DNA of 64,000 nt from Azolla caroliniana (lineage: Eukaryota; Plantae; Polypodiophyta). The notes beneath the pieces were generated by a model that saw only the letters and a list, made by a program, of their open reading frames with translations, searched no databases and was not told the DNA's origin. Every line of letters begins with the position of its first letter. The first letter of the stretch is position 1. This document shows, piece after piece, positions 10,776-22,022 of the stretch. A program made the translations under genes and the position numbers. Location: the NCBI GenBank assembly GCA_043228905.1, contig JBHGNT010000013.1, positions 14,880,001-14,944,000 of the forward strand. Reading direction: 5' to 3'.

Positions 10776-13700
10776 GAAAGCTATAGACCTCATGGCCGGC
10801 GACGGCATCCAACACTCCATCTGTGAACGGAAGTGGAAATGCATCCATTACCGTAGCTGCATTGAGTTTCCGGTAGTCCACACAAACTCGAATGTTTCCG
10901 TTCTTCTTCGGTACGACTACGATCGGGCTTAGCCATGTCGCTTCCTTTACCGGATGGATAAAGCCCACTCTTAGCAGTTTGTCGATTTCCTCTTTGACTT
11001 TGGCGGCATAATTGGGATTCATCCGGTACTGTCTTTGTGCCACTGGTTTTGTGTCCTTGCTCAAGTGAATCTGATGCTGGTATAACTGAGGGTCGAGTCC
11101 TTGCATATCTTCGTATGACCAGGCGAACACATTGCGAAATTCCGTGAGAAGTGTGATCATCGCCGTTTTGTCTTCGGACTTCATCTCCTTGGCGATGTGC
11201 ACCGGTTTTGCTTCGTCCGTGGTCCCGAGGTTCACCTCTTCAAGTTTCGACGCTTTTACGCGCTGTGAAACAGCCATTTCCCGTTCCAACGCTTTCTGCG
11301 CTTGCCGTAACTCTCGGATTGCGTCTTTATCCGGTTCTGCTTCAGTCTCTTCCGGCTGCGGTAAGTATGGTGCTACTGCTTTGGCAACGTCAATTTCGAA
11401 GAGAGGTACGATCTTCGGGTTTTCCTGCAAGTACTGAGCTTCTTCTTCGTCAGCTAACCCTTCTAGCATGTTGACGCACTCTGCATACAACGGTGTACAT
11501 TCCCTGCCAATGCTCGTCCTTGGTTGTGTTGGTACCCGTACCTTGGCTTTTCCTCGCCGGAAGGTAATTATATTTTTCCTCCAATTCTGTTTGATATGTG
11601 CCGTTTTCAACCACAACCGCCCCAGCAATAGTGGGTATGCGCCTTGTGCTTGTAATTGTAGCACTACTACCGAGATGTGAAATGTATGACCGCCAACGGT
11701 GACTTCTAATTTTCGTATTAATCCTATCGGCCGCACTAAGCTTGTATCGGCCATCCGTAACCAGAACGGACACGGCTCCCACTCGTGGATTCCCAGGGCA
11801 TCACACGTCCGGAGGCTTATTACATTCACACCGGAGCCTCCGTCTATAACTGTGTCGGGGAGTTCTTTCCCTTTTACAATGGCAGTGATTACCGGACTGT
11901 TGGTGTCCACCACCGTTGGTCCCTCCTCCGGATTCGAGAAGAGTACCGGTGCCGGTGATGATTCTCCTGCCGTCATGGCCGTCTTCAGTCCTTCCGTGAA
12001 TCTTGGCACGAGCTGTAGGAGTCTTCCTAGTGGCAGCGTAATCTGGCATTCTTGCAACGCCAGTCATGTCTCGTTCTCGAAGTGGCTGTCGCCGGCAAGC
12101 CCTACGGTATTCTCCTTTTGCCGTTGTAAGTCTGTGACATTTTGCTCGTTTGCTTTTTTCACCCATTCCGTCACTTGCTTCCAGATGGTCTCCTGCATCT
12201 CCCATTCCTTGGCCATGCCCTTCGGCCTTGTGGTCACCTGCTGCAGATCTGCCACTTCAGGGACTACCATATTTACTGTCGGTCGTTTGTCATAGCTCTT
12301 CGTCGGGCATTGATTAATATAATGGCCTTCCTGTCGGCAGTAGTAGCAGTAGGCTTTCCGGGTATTGCTGGATTCGGCATTGTCTGTTGTACCCGAGGCA
12401 GGTCCCGTGGTAAGCGCGGGGTTTTGGGCCGGTTGGCTGCTTGAAGCTCCTTGTTCCGGATCCCGTGGGTAGCCGCCTTTTTTGAAATGCCGTTTTTTGT
12501 TATAGTTCTTCTTATTGCGGTACTCTTGACGAGGTTGGTCGTTATATCTGCCGTATTCCTCCCGTTGCTAACGATACCCGGGGGAGTGCTCCCGGTCGTA
12601 ATGTTCGTATCGTCTATTGTAATCCCGGTACCGATCATATCTATCATGCCGGTCGTAGTTATCCCGCCGATCACCGTACCGGACATCATTCTCCCGTCGA
12701 TCGCCATACCGGACATCCTGTGCCAGTCGGTCGCGGTCCATTCGCCGCCAGCGTTCCTCTTCTTCATCCCGGTTGCTACGTGGCTCTATTTGTCGGACGG
12801 GCGGTGCTTGCTGGTTCAATAGATTATACTCGCACCTATCCGTCGTATGGCCCTTGGATTGATAGATTACACATTGCGTCCTCATAGTGCATTCTAGTGC
12901 CGAGTGTCCGGAATTCAAGCAGGTTGTGCACTGTATTGCTTGCCGAAACCGGAGGTCTTCATCGGACGGTAACGTCCGTTGGAGTGCTCCCAGTGTGAGC
13001 CAGGAGCTTGTCTTTTCCATCTCTCTCACCCGGTCAATGACCTGGTCGATGGTACTTGTGCGGAAGTCAATTACCGTGCAAACCGTGCGTAGGGGTTCCT
13101 GGAGCGCATTTAGGAATATAGTCCGTAATTCCTCCTCCGGGGGTGCGCGGGCAAGCTGACTATGCATCCGTTGAAACCGGATGACAAACTAGGGAATGCT
13201 CTCCCCTGCCTCCTGTCGGATGGTATAAAAGAAGCCCACCATTACTGTCTGGTCCACCTCCTTTTGGAAAAAATGCAAGAATTTAGCTTTTAAATCTGCG
13301 AAGGTGGTGATGGTAGACGGGTCCTGCGTCCAGCGCCATCTCGTTGTCGGTCCCTCCAATGTGACGCCAAATTCTGCTATCTTAGAGCGTTCCTCTTCTT
13401 CCGGGGTCAGTCGTTGGGACACATGGTTTGCTTCCCATGTCTGTTCAAAGGCGTGAACATGAGCTTCCGCGTCCGGATCATCTCTAGACTTGGAGTACTG
13501 GAACGGCATGTCGTCGTCCGGTATCGGTGCGCGGGCTGGCGGTGTTGGTGGTCGTTCCTAGTTTTTCTCCGGCGTTGATGGTCTTTCTTGATTTGTTTCC
13601 GGCGTCGGTGGTCTTTCCTCTTCTTTTAGTGACGGAGGCCTCTCCTCCTCGACTTCCGGTGTCGGAGGTCGCTCTTCCTCTGCTGGTTCCGGAGGTTCCA

Positions 13701-14097
13701 GCCTTAGCACTTCCGGTTCCGGTGTCGGTAAGGTGTCTGATCCTTCGTCCTCCGGTCCGCCCGGGGTTTCGTTGTTGCTACGGTAGTTCGAGTGTACGTT
13801 GTATTCCCCTTCGGAATCTGATTCATACGCTGAAAAGGCTTCTGCTTCGCCTTCTCCGCTTGCCAACGCCTGGAGAAGGGATTCGGTTTCCTGGAGACTG
13901 CTTAGGCTACTGCCATCATCCGGGTGCAATGTTTGCTGTAACCAGAGGGACTCCTCTGCTACTCTCCAGATTACGTTGGAAAACGAGCGATCCGCTCTAA
14001 TTTCCTGTGCCGCTTGCTGGAAAGCCTCACGTCTCCTTTGCCTTTCGGCAAGGCGTCGAGTTCGATCTGTAACCAGGTCGTGCGTTGATCTAGTCAT
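10776..14097 (-). pseudogene. gag-pol: Element A gag (Pro/Glu-rich N-terminus, three CCHC-type knuckles), protease and RT N-terminus
   Basis: Same-frame ORF pieces from ATG 14097; knuckles CTTCLNSGHSALEC, CVIYQSKGHTTDRC, CYYCRQEGHYINQC; RVCVDYRKLN. Confidence 0.88.
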
Positions 14098-14133
14098 CCA
14101 TTCGTGCCGTCGTTCGCTGCAAAAACAGGAATC

Positions 14134-14143
14134 GTGGTCGCCA
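14134..14143 (-). other. PBS of element A, complementary to a tRNA-Arg 3' end
   Basis: TGGCGACCAC, 7 nt after the LTR end; matches the recalled plant tRNA-Arg(UCG) 3' end ...GUGGUCGCCA. Confidence 0.65.
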
Positions 14144-14150
14144 AAAACTG

Positions 14151-14585
14151 TGTTAACTCTTAGGGCCGGACAATGGCCTAACACAGGGTGTCTACGGAAG
14201 ACACTTCACCAAAGGGGTGTTACGGCAAGAGGAGTAGGCTCAACGATTAATCCGACTTAATTAGGTTACTTAGCAAGATCGTCCTTAATAATCACACGCG
14301 TAAGATATAACAATGAATGCAGAACAGCAATTAACACAGAGAGATAAAAACACTAAGCTTCATTAATTATCCGCTTCTCATTACATTGTATCCGGGCCTT
14401 TAAATAGGTTTCCGGTCTGTAGTACAAAACGGTGCCATCCGCACCTGTTCGGGATCGGTCCGCATCTGGAACAGCATACCGATTCCGGTCCGTCCGTCCA
14501 CACTCATAGCTTACTTACAACCATTCCTAATAATTAATTAACTCCTCCGTTTCACACTCTGGACTCCTTTGTCGGCCGGTAATCA
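14151..14585 (-). repeat. 5' LTR of element A (435 bp)
   Basis: TG...CA termini, adjacent PBS, clear similarity to the LTR at 19048-19492. Confidence 0.85.
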
Positions 14586-14874
14586 TCATGTTGGCGGCAA
14601 AAAACTTTCGTAGATTTTCCCATGCTTCCTTCGGCATCTCGGGTTCTCGAATGTACCCGAGCATGTGGTCGTGAACACATGTCGCCAAGCAATACATTAC
14701 TCGACTCACTGCTTGCTCCCATGTTGCATCGTCGGTGTCTTTCGGGTCGGGCCGGTTTTCTTGTGCGTGCTCCTTTGATGTAGCTCCAATAGCCTTGACC
14801 GACAAGGTATTGATGCATCTTGTACTCCCAAGATGCGAAGTTGTTTCGGTCCAACTTCTCACTAGGGAGAGCGT
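14586..14874 (-). pseudogene. gag: Copia gag N-terminal fragment ('E'), the bottom layer into which A and B2 inserted
   Basis: KLDRNNFASWEYKMHQYLVGQGYW...PKEAWENLRKFF is a typical copia gag N-terminus and differs from the D family. Confidence 0.8.
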
Positions 14875-17488
14875 TGTCGCGTTGCTACCTACGTGCGCAG
14901 AGAACGAGGCGGAACCACAGGGGCCTTGGACCAAGAAATAACCAAATGAGAAGAGGGGAAGGAAACTACTGATGCACTCCACACGCGCACAGAAACACAT
15001 ATTCACAGGAGTTGCAACTAACTCCGAACAATGGAGACAGAACGAATATATATGTATATATATAAATCGAAGACTTACAACCGGCAAGCCGATGAGTGAC
15101 AGGCTCTGACACCTACACACCCTCACACACAGAACGCGAGATGGAGACTCTATCGGAAGCACTTGGGGGTTCTGCGGCGCAGAGTCAGCCTCTCGAAAAC
15201 CTGCACAGAATGACTATGGAGAAGACAAAGGAGAAGAACTCTGTTCCAGTCTGGCAGCACTTCGTCCTCCTCAATCCGCGATGCCCCCTCTCTTTTTTTT
15301 CCCTTCTCTTTATAGCCCAAGGAGGGAGGCCGTTACCACCCGTTACATCATGTTTATTCCTTGTCCTTTCGGACAGGGATACGCCTCGATTTTCTCCCTA
15401 CGGAATGCGTGCTACCAAGGATTTTACTTCTATCGACTTGTACCTACCTACCTACTATACAACAAAACTTGTGCCCACATGTAAGGGCCGGTTTACGCAC
15501 GTATACCCGGTTTCCGCCTAGGGATGGTTTTCTCCACGACATCCGCCCCCACCTAACCGCACATCCACCGGTCTGTGCCCCAATATTAGACTCTTGCCGG
15601 AGAAACGGCCCACGCTTATCCTTTGTCTTCCGGATCGACATCCGTTCCGAGCCGGTCGTTGTCGCTATCCAGGTCGTCCGGGTCTGGTTCGGCCTCATGC
15701 CGCTTTTTGAATGCTTTGATCCTTTTCCCCGCCACTGGTACCGCCATCCTTGTCTCGTCAAGCTCCGCGAGATGGTAGGTCCCATTGTCATTGGCGCTTG
15801 TCACCACATAAGGTCCGAACCACCTTCTTGCAAACTTCCGCATTGCCCTGTGTTGGTTGTCGAGGCTGCTGTCATATACTAGAACCCAGTTGCCTTCCTC
15901 GATCTTCTTCGGTCTCAGTCGGTGAGACCGTCCTTTATTCTTTACCCTCACCACCCGTAGCTTCTCCACGGCTCGGTTCACGTCCTCCGGTCTTCGCTCC
16001 AGCTGCCGAATCCGTGCTGCTAACAGCTCCTCTCGGCTCATCTCGTCTTTCCAGTCCATTGTGGCCCATGAGGAGATTGTCTACTCCGTTGGCATGATCG
16101 GCTTTTGCCCGTACATTAGCTCTATCGGCATGAACCCGGTTACCGAACTGTGCGTAGTTCGGTCCGCCCACAACGCATAGGGTAAGAGTCGCGGCCAGTT
16201 CCCGACTTGGCCTCCACACGCTCGTACTAACGCTTTGACGATCGGCCCGTGTCCGCGTTCCACCTTCCCGTTAGCCTCCGGATTGTACGTTGTGGTGAGC
16301 GAGAGTTTAACCCCTAGCCGGTCAAACAGCTCTTCTGCCTCTTCCGCGTCCAATTCCCCGCGGTCGGCCACGATCTTACCTACGCACCTGTACTGGCATA
16401 CCACTTCTTCAATCAGAAATCGGCACACGGCCGTGGTCGTTTTGTTCTGCAATGCTCGGCCTTCCACCTGGTTCATCAGGTCCTCCCGAGCCAGCACCAG
16501 ATACCGCATCTGTCCTACCCCCATCGGTATCGACACCAGATTCACCATCTAATTGAAGTGGACGGTCGGAGGGTAGGTCGGGTGAAGCTCGTCCCGATGT
16601 CGGACTATGGAGTGCACCTGACATCTTTCGCAAGTCTCCACGAACCGATGCACGTCCCGGTATAGCCCCGCCCACCAGTACTTCCCCTTTAGCTTCTCGA
16701 ATGTGGCCCACGTCCCCCGGTGTCCGGCCCAAGGATTCTCGTGGTATGCCGTCAGCAATTCTTCCTGTTCCTCTTTCTTCGCCACCACTCGGAGCGGGAT
16801 GTCGTTTCTCTTCTTCGGGTGCTTCCATATGCTCCCGTCCTGTAGGAAGAATCGGTACGCTTTCTTCTGAATCCGGTTGGTCTATTCCTTCGTCCACGCT
16901 GCGTCCCGTGTCATTGTCTTTAGGAACCCGCCGATCTAGAGCCACTCCCCGTCGTACTTGCTCTCGTCGAATTCATTAAGCGCCAGAGTGCTCCCCTTTC
17001 TTGTTGTTACTTAAGCCGCCTCGAAGAAGTCCACACCGACTTCCTCGTCCTCCGAAACCATGTCGTCCTCGTCATCGAACCTCGCTCTCGAAAGCATGTC
17101 GGACATGGTATTGTCCTTTCCGGAAATGTGTCGTATTTCCGGATTCAGGGACTTGATGTATGCTATCCACCTGAGCATTGCTAGGTTCGGCGTTGCGCAT
17201 CCAGAAACCATGCCGAGAATCGGCAGGCAGTCCGTCTCGATTATCACCTCTCTCCCGATCAGATAGTCTTTATCGGCCTTGACCGCCGAAACGATACCCC
17301 AGAGTTCGCGTTTAACCTGGGCGTATCCTCGTTATCGCTCACTGAGGACTTTCGCGCCGAACCAGATGGGGAACCTTGCGCCATCGTCATCCTCTTGGTT
17401 GATCACTCATCTGATCCCGGTCGGACTCGTGTCTACGATCACGTAAATCGGAGTGTCTTTGCCGTAGACAACCTTCCGGAGTGCCGGT

Positions 17489-19492
17489 TGTTACCCGGCC
17501 AGCAAAGACCAGGGTGTGAAAAGGGGAATTGTTATTTGGGAATCTGTTGAGATTACTAGTCTTAATATATAGATTAATATATGAGAAGATGTGGACGGAC
17601 GGACCGGAATCGGTATGCCGATCCGGATCCGGACAGATCCCGAATAACCGGCACCATTTTGTACTTCGCACCGGTGACCTATATAAAGGCCCGGTTACAA
17701 TGTAGTCATTAACGGAGAAAGATGCGGTGCAAGCCCAAGAGCTTGCCGAATTAAGGGACGAACTTGCCGCACAAGAAGCACTACGGAGCCGCGAACGAGA
17801 TTTGAAGAAAGCGGTAGAAGAGGAGTTAAAGAAGACTGTTGAAAACCTTCGTCGGGCAGAAGAAAATCTGCGGAAAGGGCATCAAGCTTACGACCGGCTA
17901 AAGGAGGAAAAAGAAAAATTGCTGCAGGAGAAGGACAAGCTGCGACGGATGGCGGAAACGGAAATCGAAAGGCTGAAAGAAGAACTCCGTCAACAAAAGG
18001 ACCGGGAAGACCGCGCTCGTCGGCAAATCAACCAGAGGCTGAAGCAGAAGACAGAGGACTTCGACCACCTGCACTGGAACTTTAAGAGCTTGGACACGGA
18101 GTATAAGCATTAGCAGGAAAGGATGGCCGAGCTCCGGCAGAAAGTTGATAGGGCCACAACGGCACTCGCCGACGAACGGGCTGAGAATCCAAAGCTATTG
18201 GAGGAAGCGGCGAGGAACCGGATGGAGCTCCACAAGCAGCACAATGAAGAAAAAGAGAGGGCGACAATGGTGTTACAGAGGTTGCAAACAACCTATCAAA
18301 GTCAATTGTCGCATTATAGGGAGCAAGAGGCAGACACGGTCAGAATCATCAAGCAATTGAAAGAGGAGCGACAAGCCGCGGAGAACAAATCACAGATGGG
18401 AATGGAACGGATCCAGTGCATCCTCCGGGCATGGCTAAACAAGACCAAACGCTTGATTGATGAGAGCTCCGTGCGATGGTGGACGAAATGGGCGCAGAAT
18501 ACGGCTGAACTCCAGTTGCTCAGGGCGGACGCCGAAAACCGGCGGAAAGAAGGTGACGACTGTTACATGCTCACATCAGAGGACTTCACCGCCATAAAGG
18601 ATGAGCTGGCAGAAGATTTCACAGCTCTAGCAGATGAGCAAATGTTGCAGGTCCGGCAACTCATAGCTCAACTGGACGATGATCGGATGGATGCTCAAAT
18701 CCAGTTTGAGAGCTATGAGCGGTCCCGGTTTAGGGAAGAAAAAGCAAGGCAAGCGGCAACGGTCAACCTCAGTGATGAGGAACCGTCGCCGGTACAAGGA
18801 CCAGACGGGGACCAAGCCAGGGTAAGTCAACCAGAGACAACTCCGGCGGAGGAAACAACGAAGGAAACGCCGGTGCCAGAGCAACAATCGGAGTCACAGC
18901 CGAAGTCACAACAGCCACAACAGCAACAACAGATTCCCGTCGAGCCACTGGAGACCCTGGAGCAAAGCATCCTGGATATCTTGGACGAAGAGTAAGGGGC
19001 CGGTGTGGGATTCGACGTACAAGGTACTGTCCCACGGGTGTGCCATGTGTTACCCGCCGGCAAAGACCAAGGTGTGAAAAGGGGAATTGTTATTTGGGAA
19101 TCTATTGAGATTACTAGTCTTAATATATAGATTAATATATGAGAAGATGTAGACGGACGGACCAGAATCGGTATGTCGATCCGGATCCGGACCGATCCCG
19201 AATAGGTGCCAGTTGGCACCGTTTTGTACTTCGCACCGATGACCTATATAAAGGCACGGTTACAATGTAGTCATTAACAGAGAGTAATATAAACCTTTTG
19301 TTTAATCATTGAGTATTGATCACCATTCTATGCTTATTGTATATCTTACACGTGTTAATGACGTATTGCTAAGTAACCGATTAAGGTCCAATTAAGCGTT
19401 GTGTCGTAAGTTATCTCGCCGTAACACCCTTTGGTGAAGTGTCTTAAGTGGACACCCTGTGTTAGGCTGTTGTCCGGCCCTAAGGATTAACA
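17489..19492 (+). mobile_element. Internally deleted A-family element (A'): half 5' LTR, coiled-coil ORF, full 3' LTR
   Basis: TSD CCGGT on both sides; 17489-~17714 repeats 19048-~19279; 3' LTR 19048-19492; removal restores EALAAAPALRKVV in B2. Confidence 0.9.
17727..18995 (+). pseudogene. About 420-codon coiled-coil (E/K/R/Q/L-rich) extra ORF with one in-frame TAG at 18111, 5'-truncated
   Basis: ORFs 17727-18113 and 18123-18995 are in the same frame; heptad-like composition; acidic, Gln-rich tail. Confidence 0.7.
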
Positions 19493-21223
19493 CCGGTGCC
19501 GCGGCAAGTGCTTCTTTCATCTTCCGGACCGACTCCGTATGCTCGTCTCTCCACTCGAATTTACGCACTTTCTTCAGCAACCCATAGAGCGGCTCCGCGA
19601 CGTGCGCGTAATGCGGGATCCAAATATGGTAGAACGCACATGCTCCCAGGAATCTCCGAACCTTCGTAACCGAATTGCAGTCTTGCTTCATCGCGGAGAT
19701 GGCCTCCACCTTGGCCGGAGACGGTTTCCGACCGTACGGCCCGCATTGGTGTCCGACGACCATGATCTCCGATTGCCCGAAGGCCGATTTTTCTCCGGAG
19801 AAGGTGAGCCGCACATTCTCGAGTCTTTGTAACACCTTCTCGCAGTCGCAGACGTGATCCGTCACGAACTTCCGGCAACCATCGGGCCCAACCGACTCGT
19901 CCTTGTCCTCCACCGGACATCCTCTGATCGGGATGTCGTCTAGAAACGGCATGGTGATGTTCAGGATGCAGTCCCTCAACACCTTGTTCATCGCATTCAC
20001 CATGTGCGCCACCGAGTTCGTCCCCCCTTGTGGTAGGGTACACATCCGAACTAGGCCGAGAGGAGTCCGCATCGTCGTGACATCCCTGCTCTCTACAGCT
20101 AGTTGGAACTGATCGCACCCTGAGTACAGATCCCCGACCGAGTAGATCGACCTCCCTGCGAAGGCCTCCGCGAACTCATCAATGGTCGGTCTAATACCTG
20201 CGTTTCGAATGGTCATCTTGTTGACCGGCTGCAAGTCCTGTATGAAGCGCAGTGTGCCGTTCTTCTTCGGCACAGTAAACCACCGATTCGAATATGGGGC
20301 ACTCGACGGTTCGAGGATGCCCATCTCCACCTTTTGTTTCAGCAACTCCATCAACTTCGGGATGTGAGCTCTGGGTACCGGAATCGGTTTGAGATTCCAC
20401 GGCACATGCGGTACCGTGAAGATCACCATTGGTTCCACAACCGTCGGGGCTACGCACCCGATCTCGTCCGATGAGAATGCGAAAACCTTCCCGTGCCTCC
20501 CGAGCATTCTCCGAAACCAGTCTTCTTCCGTCGGCAGTAGAAAGCCACCCCCACCGATCTTGAGCTCCCGTAGCGTTGTCGATGAACAGGTGTCCAATGC
20601 TAGCCGGATCTCGTAAACTTGGGTCCGACGCGACCCCCTTTATCCGTAACTCGCTATCCTCCGACAAGGGTGCCGCGACTGGCCTCACCTTCTAGTCCAC
20701 AGTCTTGTACTTTGTATGAACTCGGGCCATCCGATACAACTCGAGTCCATTACCGAAGTCGGCGATGACTTCGTACATCTTCTCCGAACATACCGGAATC
20801 GTCTGGTCCTCATTAAGGCCTTCTCTGAACACATCCCGTAATTTCCCTAGGGTGTCGTCGAAAGAGACCGCCTCCACGGCTCCGTTGATTTCCTCTTCAG
20901 GGCCAAGGACTCTGCATGCCCGAAGTGCTCCTCCGCCCACTTCTTCTCCCATCCAACTACGCCGGTTATCGTACAACCTCCGCTATCGGAGAACCAAATT
21001 TTTCTACCTACGGTACAGGTCTTTTTGCGTATAGTACATCTGTGGGATTTTTCCAGGGTGTCCGGACTATCATGGACCCACACCTTGATAGCCCTCTCTA
21101 AAAAATCCTCTCGGTTTTCGCCACCGAAGGTCTCGCGGTTACGCTCATGGTTCAATCACACCGTCAGGAACTAGACAGAGTGACACCCATCTTGGCTCTT
21201 GACCAGTGCATATGCCGAACCGT

Positions 21224-22022
21224 TGTCATGAAGAATTTCGGACAGAGGCAGAAACCGGGAAATATTGGCTACATCGACGGGGTGCTGCATGTGCGATCAC
21301 CCTTGTACATTTAGTGTGAATAACGAGGGCAAGTCGGGACAAGAATCCCATGTAATAAGGGATTTATCCCACAATGCTATGGATCTCTCTCCTTGTTCTA
21401 TAAAAGGAAGAGAGTGCCCTTGGTGAAGGGGTTGCCCATTTTTTATAGTAGGGTATACCGTTAGAGGAAGAAACGTTCTCTCTTCCTCTTTCTTTTCTCT
21501 GGGTTTAGGGTTTCTTCTGGTTCTCCTCTGCTTCTTCTTCGTCATTATGTGTGTCGACCCTTGGCATCTCGTGTTTCTGTTTTCTGCCCTATTCTCTGTG
21601 CAAGACCCCGCTCGGCGCGACAAGCCCAAGAGCTCCCCGACCGGCGGCTTAGCAGTGGACAATAGTTGTATCCTGTGCTACCTAGGTCCGGCTCGAAGTC
21701 GATGTCAAATCTCGTTGTCTTGTAAATACATATACATTTGGTTGTGCATTTTCGTGTCTCTGTTGGTGTGTGTGTGTGTGTCTTAGTGTTTCTTTCTTGC
21801 TTATGTACATAAGGGCGCGAGTTGGGTCGGTGTTGTGTGCATGCGTAAGAGTCAATGTTGCGTGCCTGTTCTCTCTCTCTCTCTCCCTTCGGTTGCTTCC
21901 GATGTGCTTCTGGGATGCCCCGGAAATGGTGAAGCACAACTTCCTACGCTCTGTCACTCCCTAGTCCAAGACCCCCGTGGTCCCGCCTGGAATTCTACAT
22001 GTACCCACGAAACTTCGCGACA
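21224..22022 (+). mobile_element. Solo LTR of a family-B subfamily inserted in the B2 protease region
   Basis: tgtcat...cgcgaca termini; 4-bp TSD CCGT; 3' end gacccccgtggtcccgcc resembles the B1 LTR; removal restores VLNNGSAYA. Confidence 0.88.

Larger units (their letters stand above)
1556..14585 (-). mobile_element. Non-chromoviral Ty3/gypsy element 'A' (Athila/OTA-like), degenerate; hosts Z and copia D1; 3' LTR not in window
   Basis: Order LTR-PBS-gag-PR(IDGGSG)-RT(FLDD)-RH-IN(ISDQRG, PQANG, GPY); RH end ADYLIRLE...DEFPDAELF; no chromodomain; several in-frame stops. Confidence 0.9.

Noticed and set aside
17727-18995. Captured host gene (myosin/SMC-like)
   Set aside because: Only generic coiled-coil composition; intronless and positioned just before the 3' LTR, which fits an element-encoded extra ORF better.
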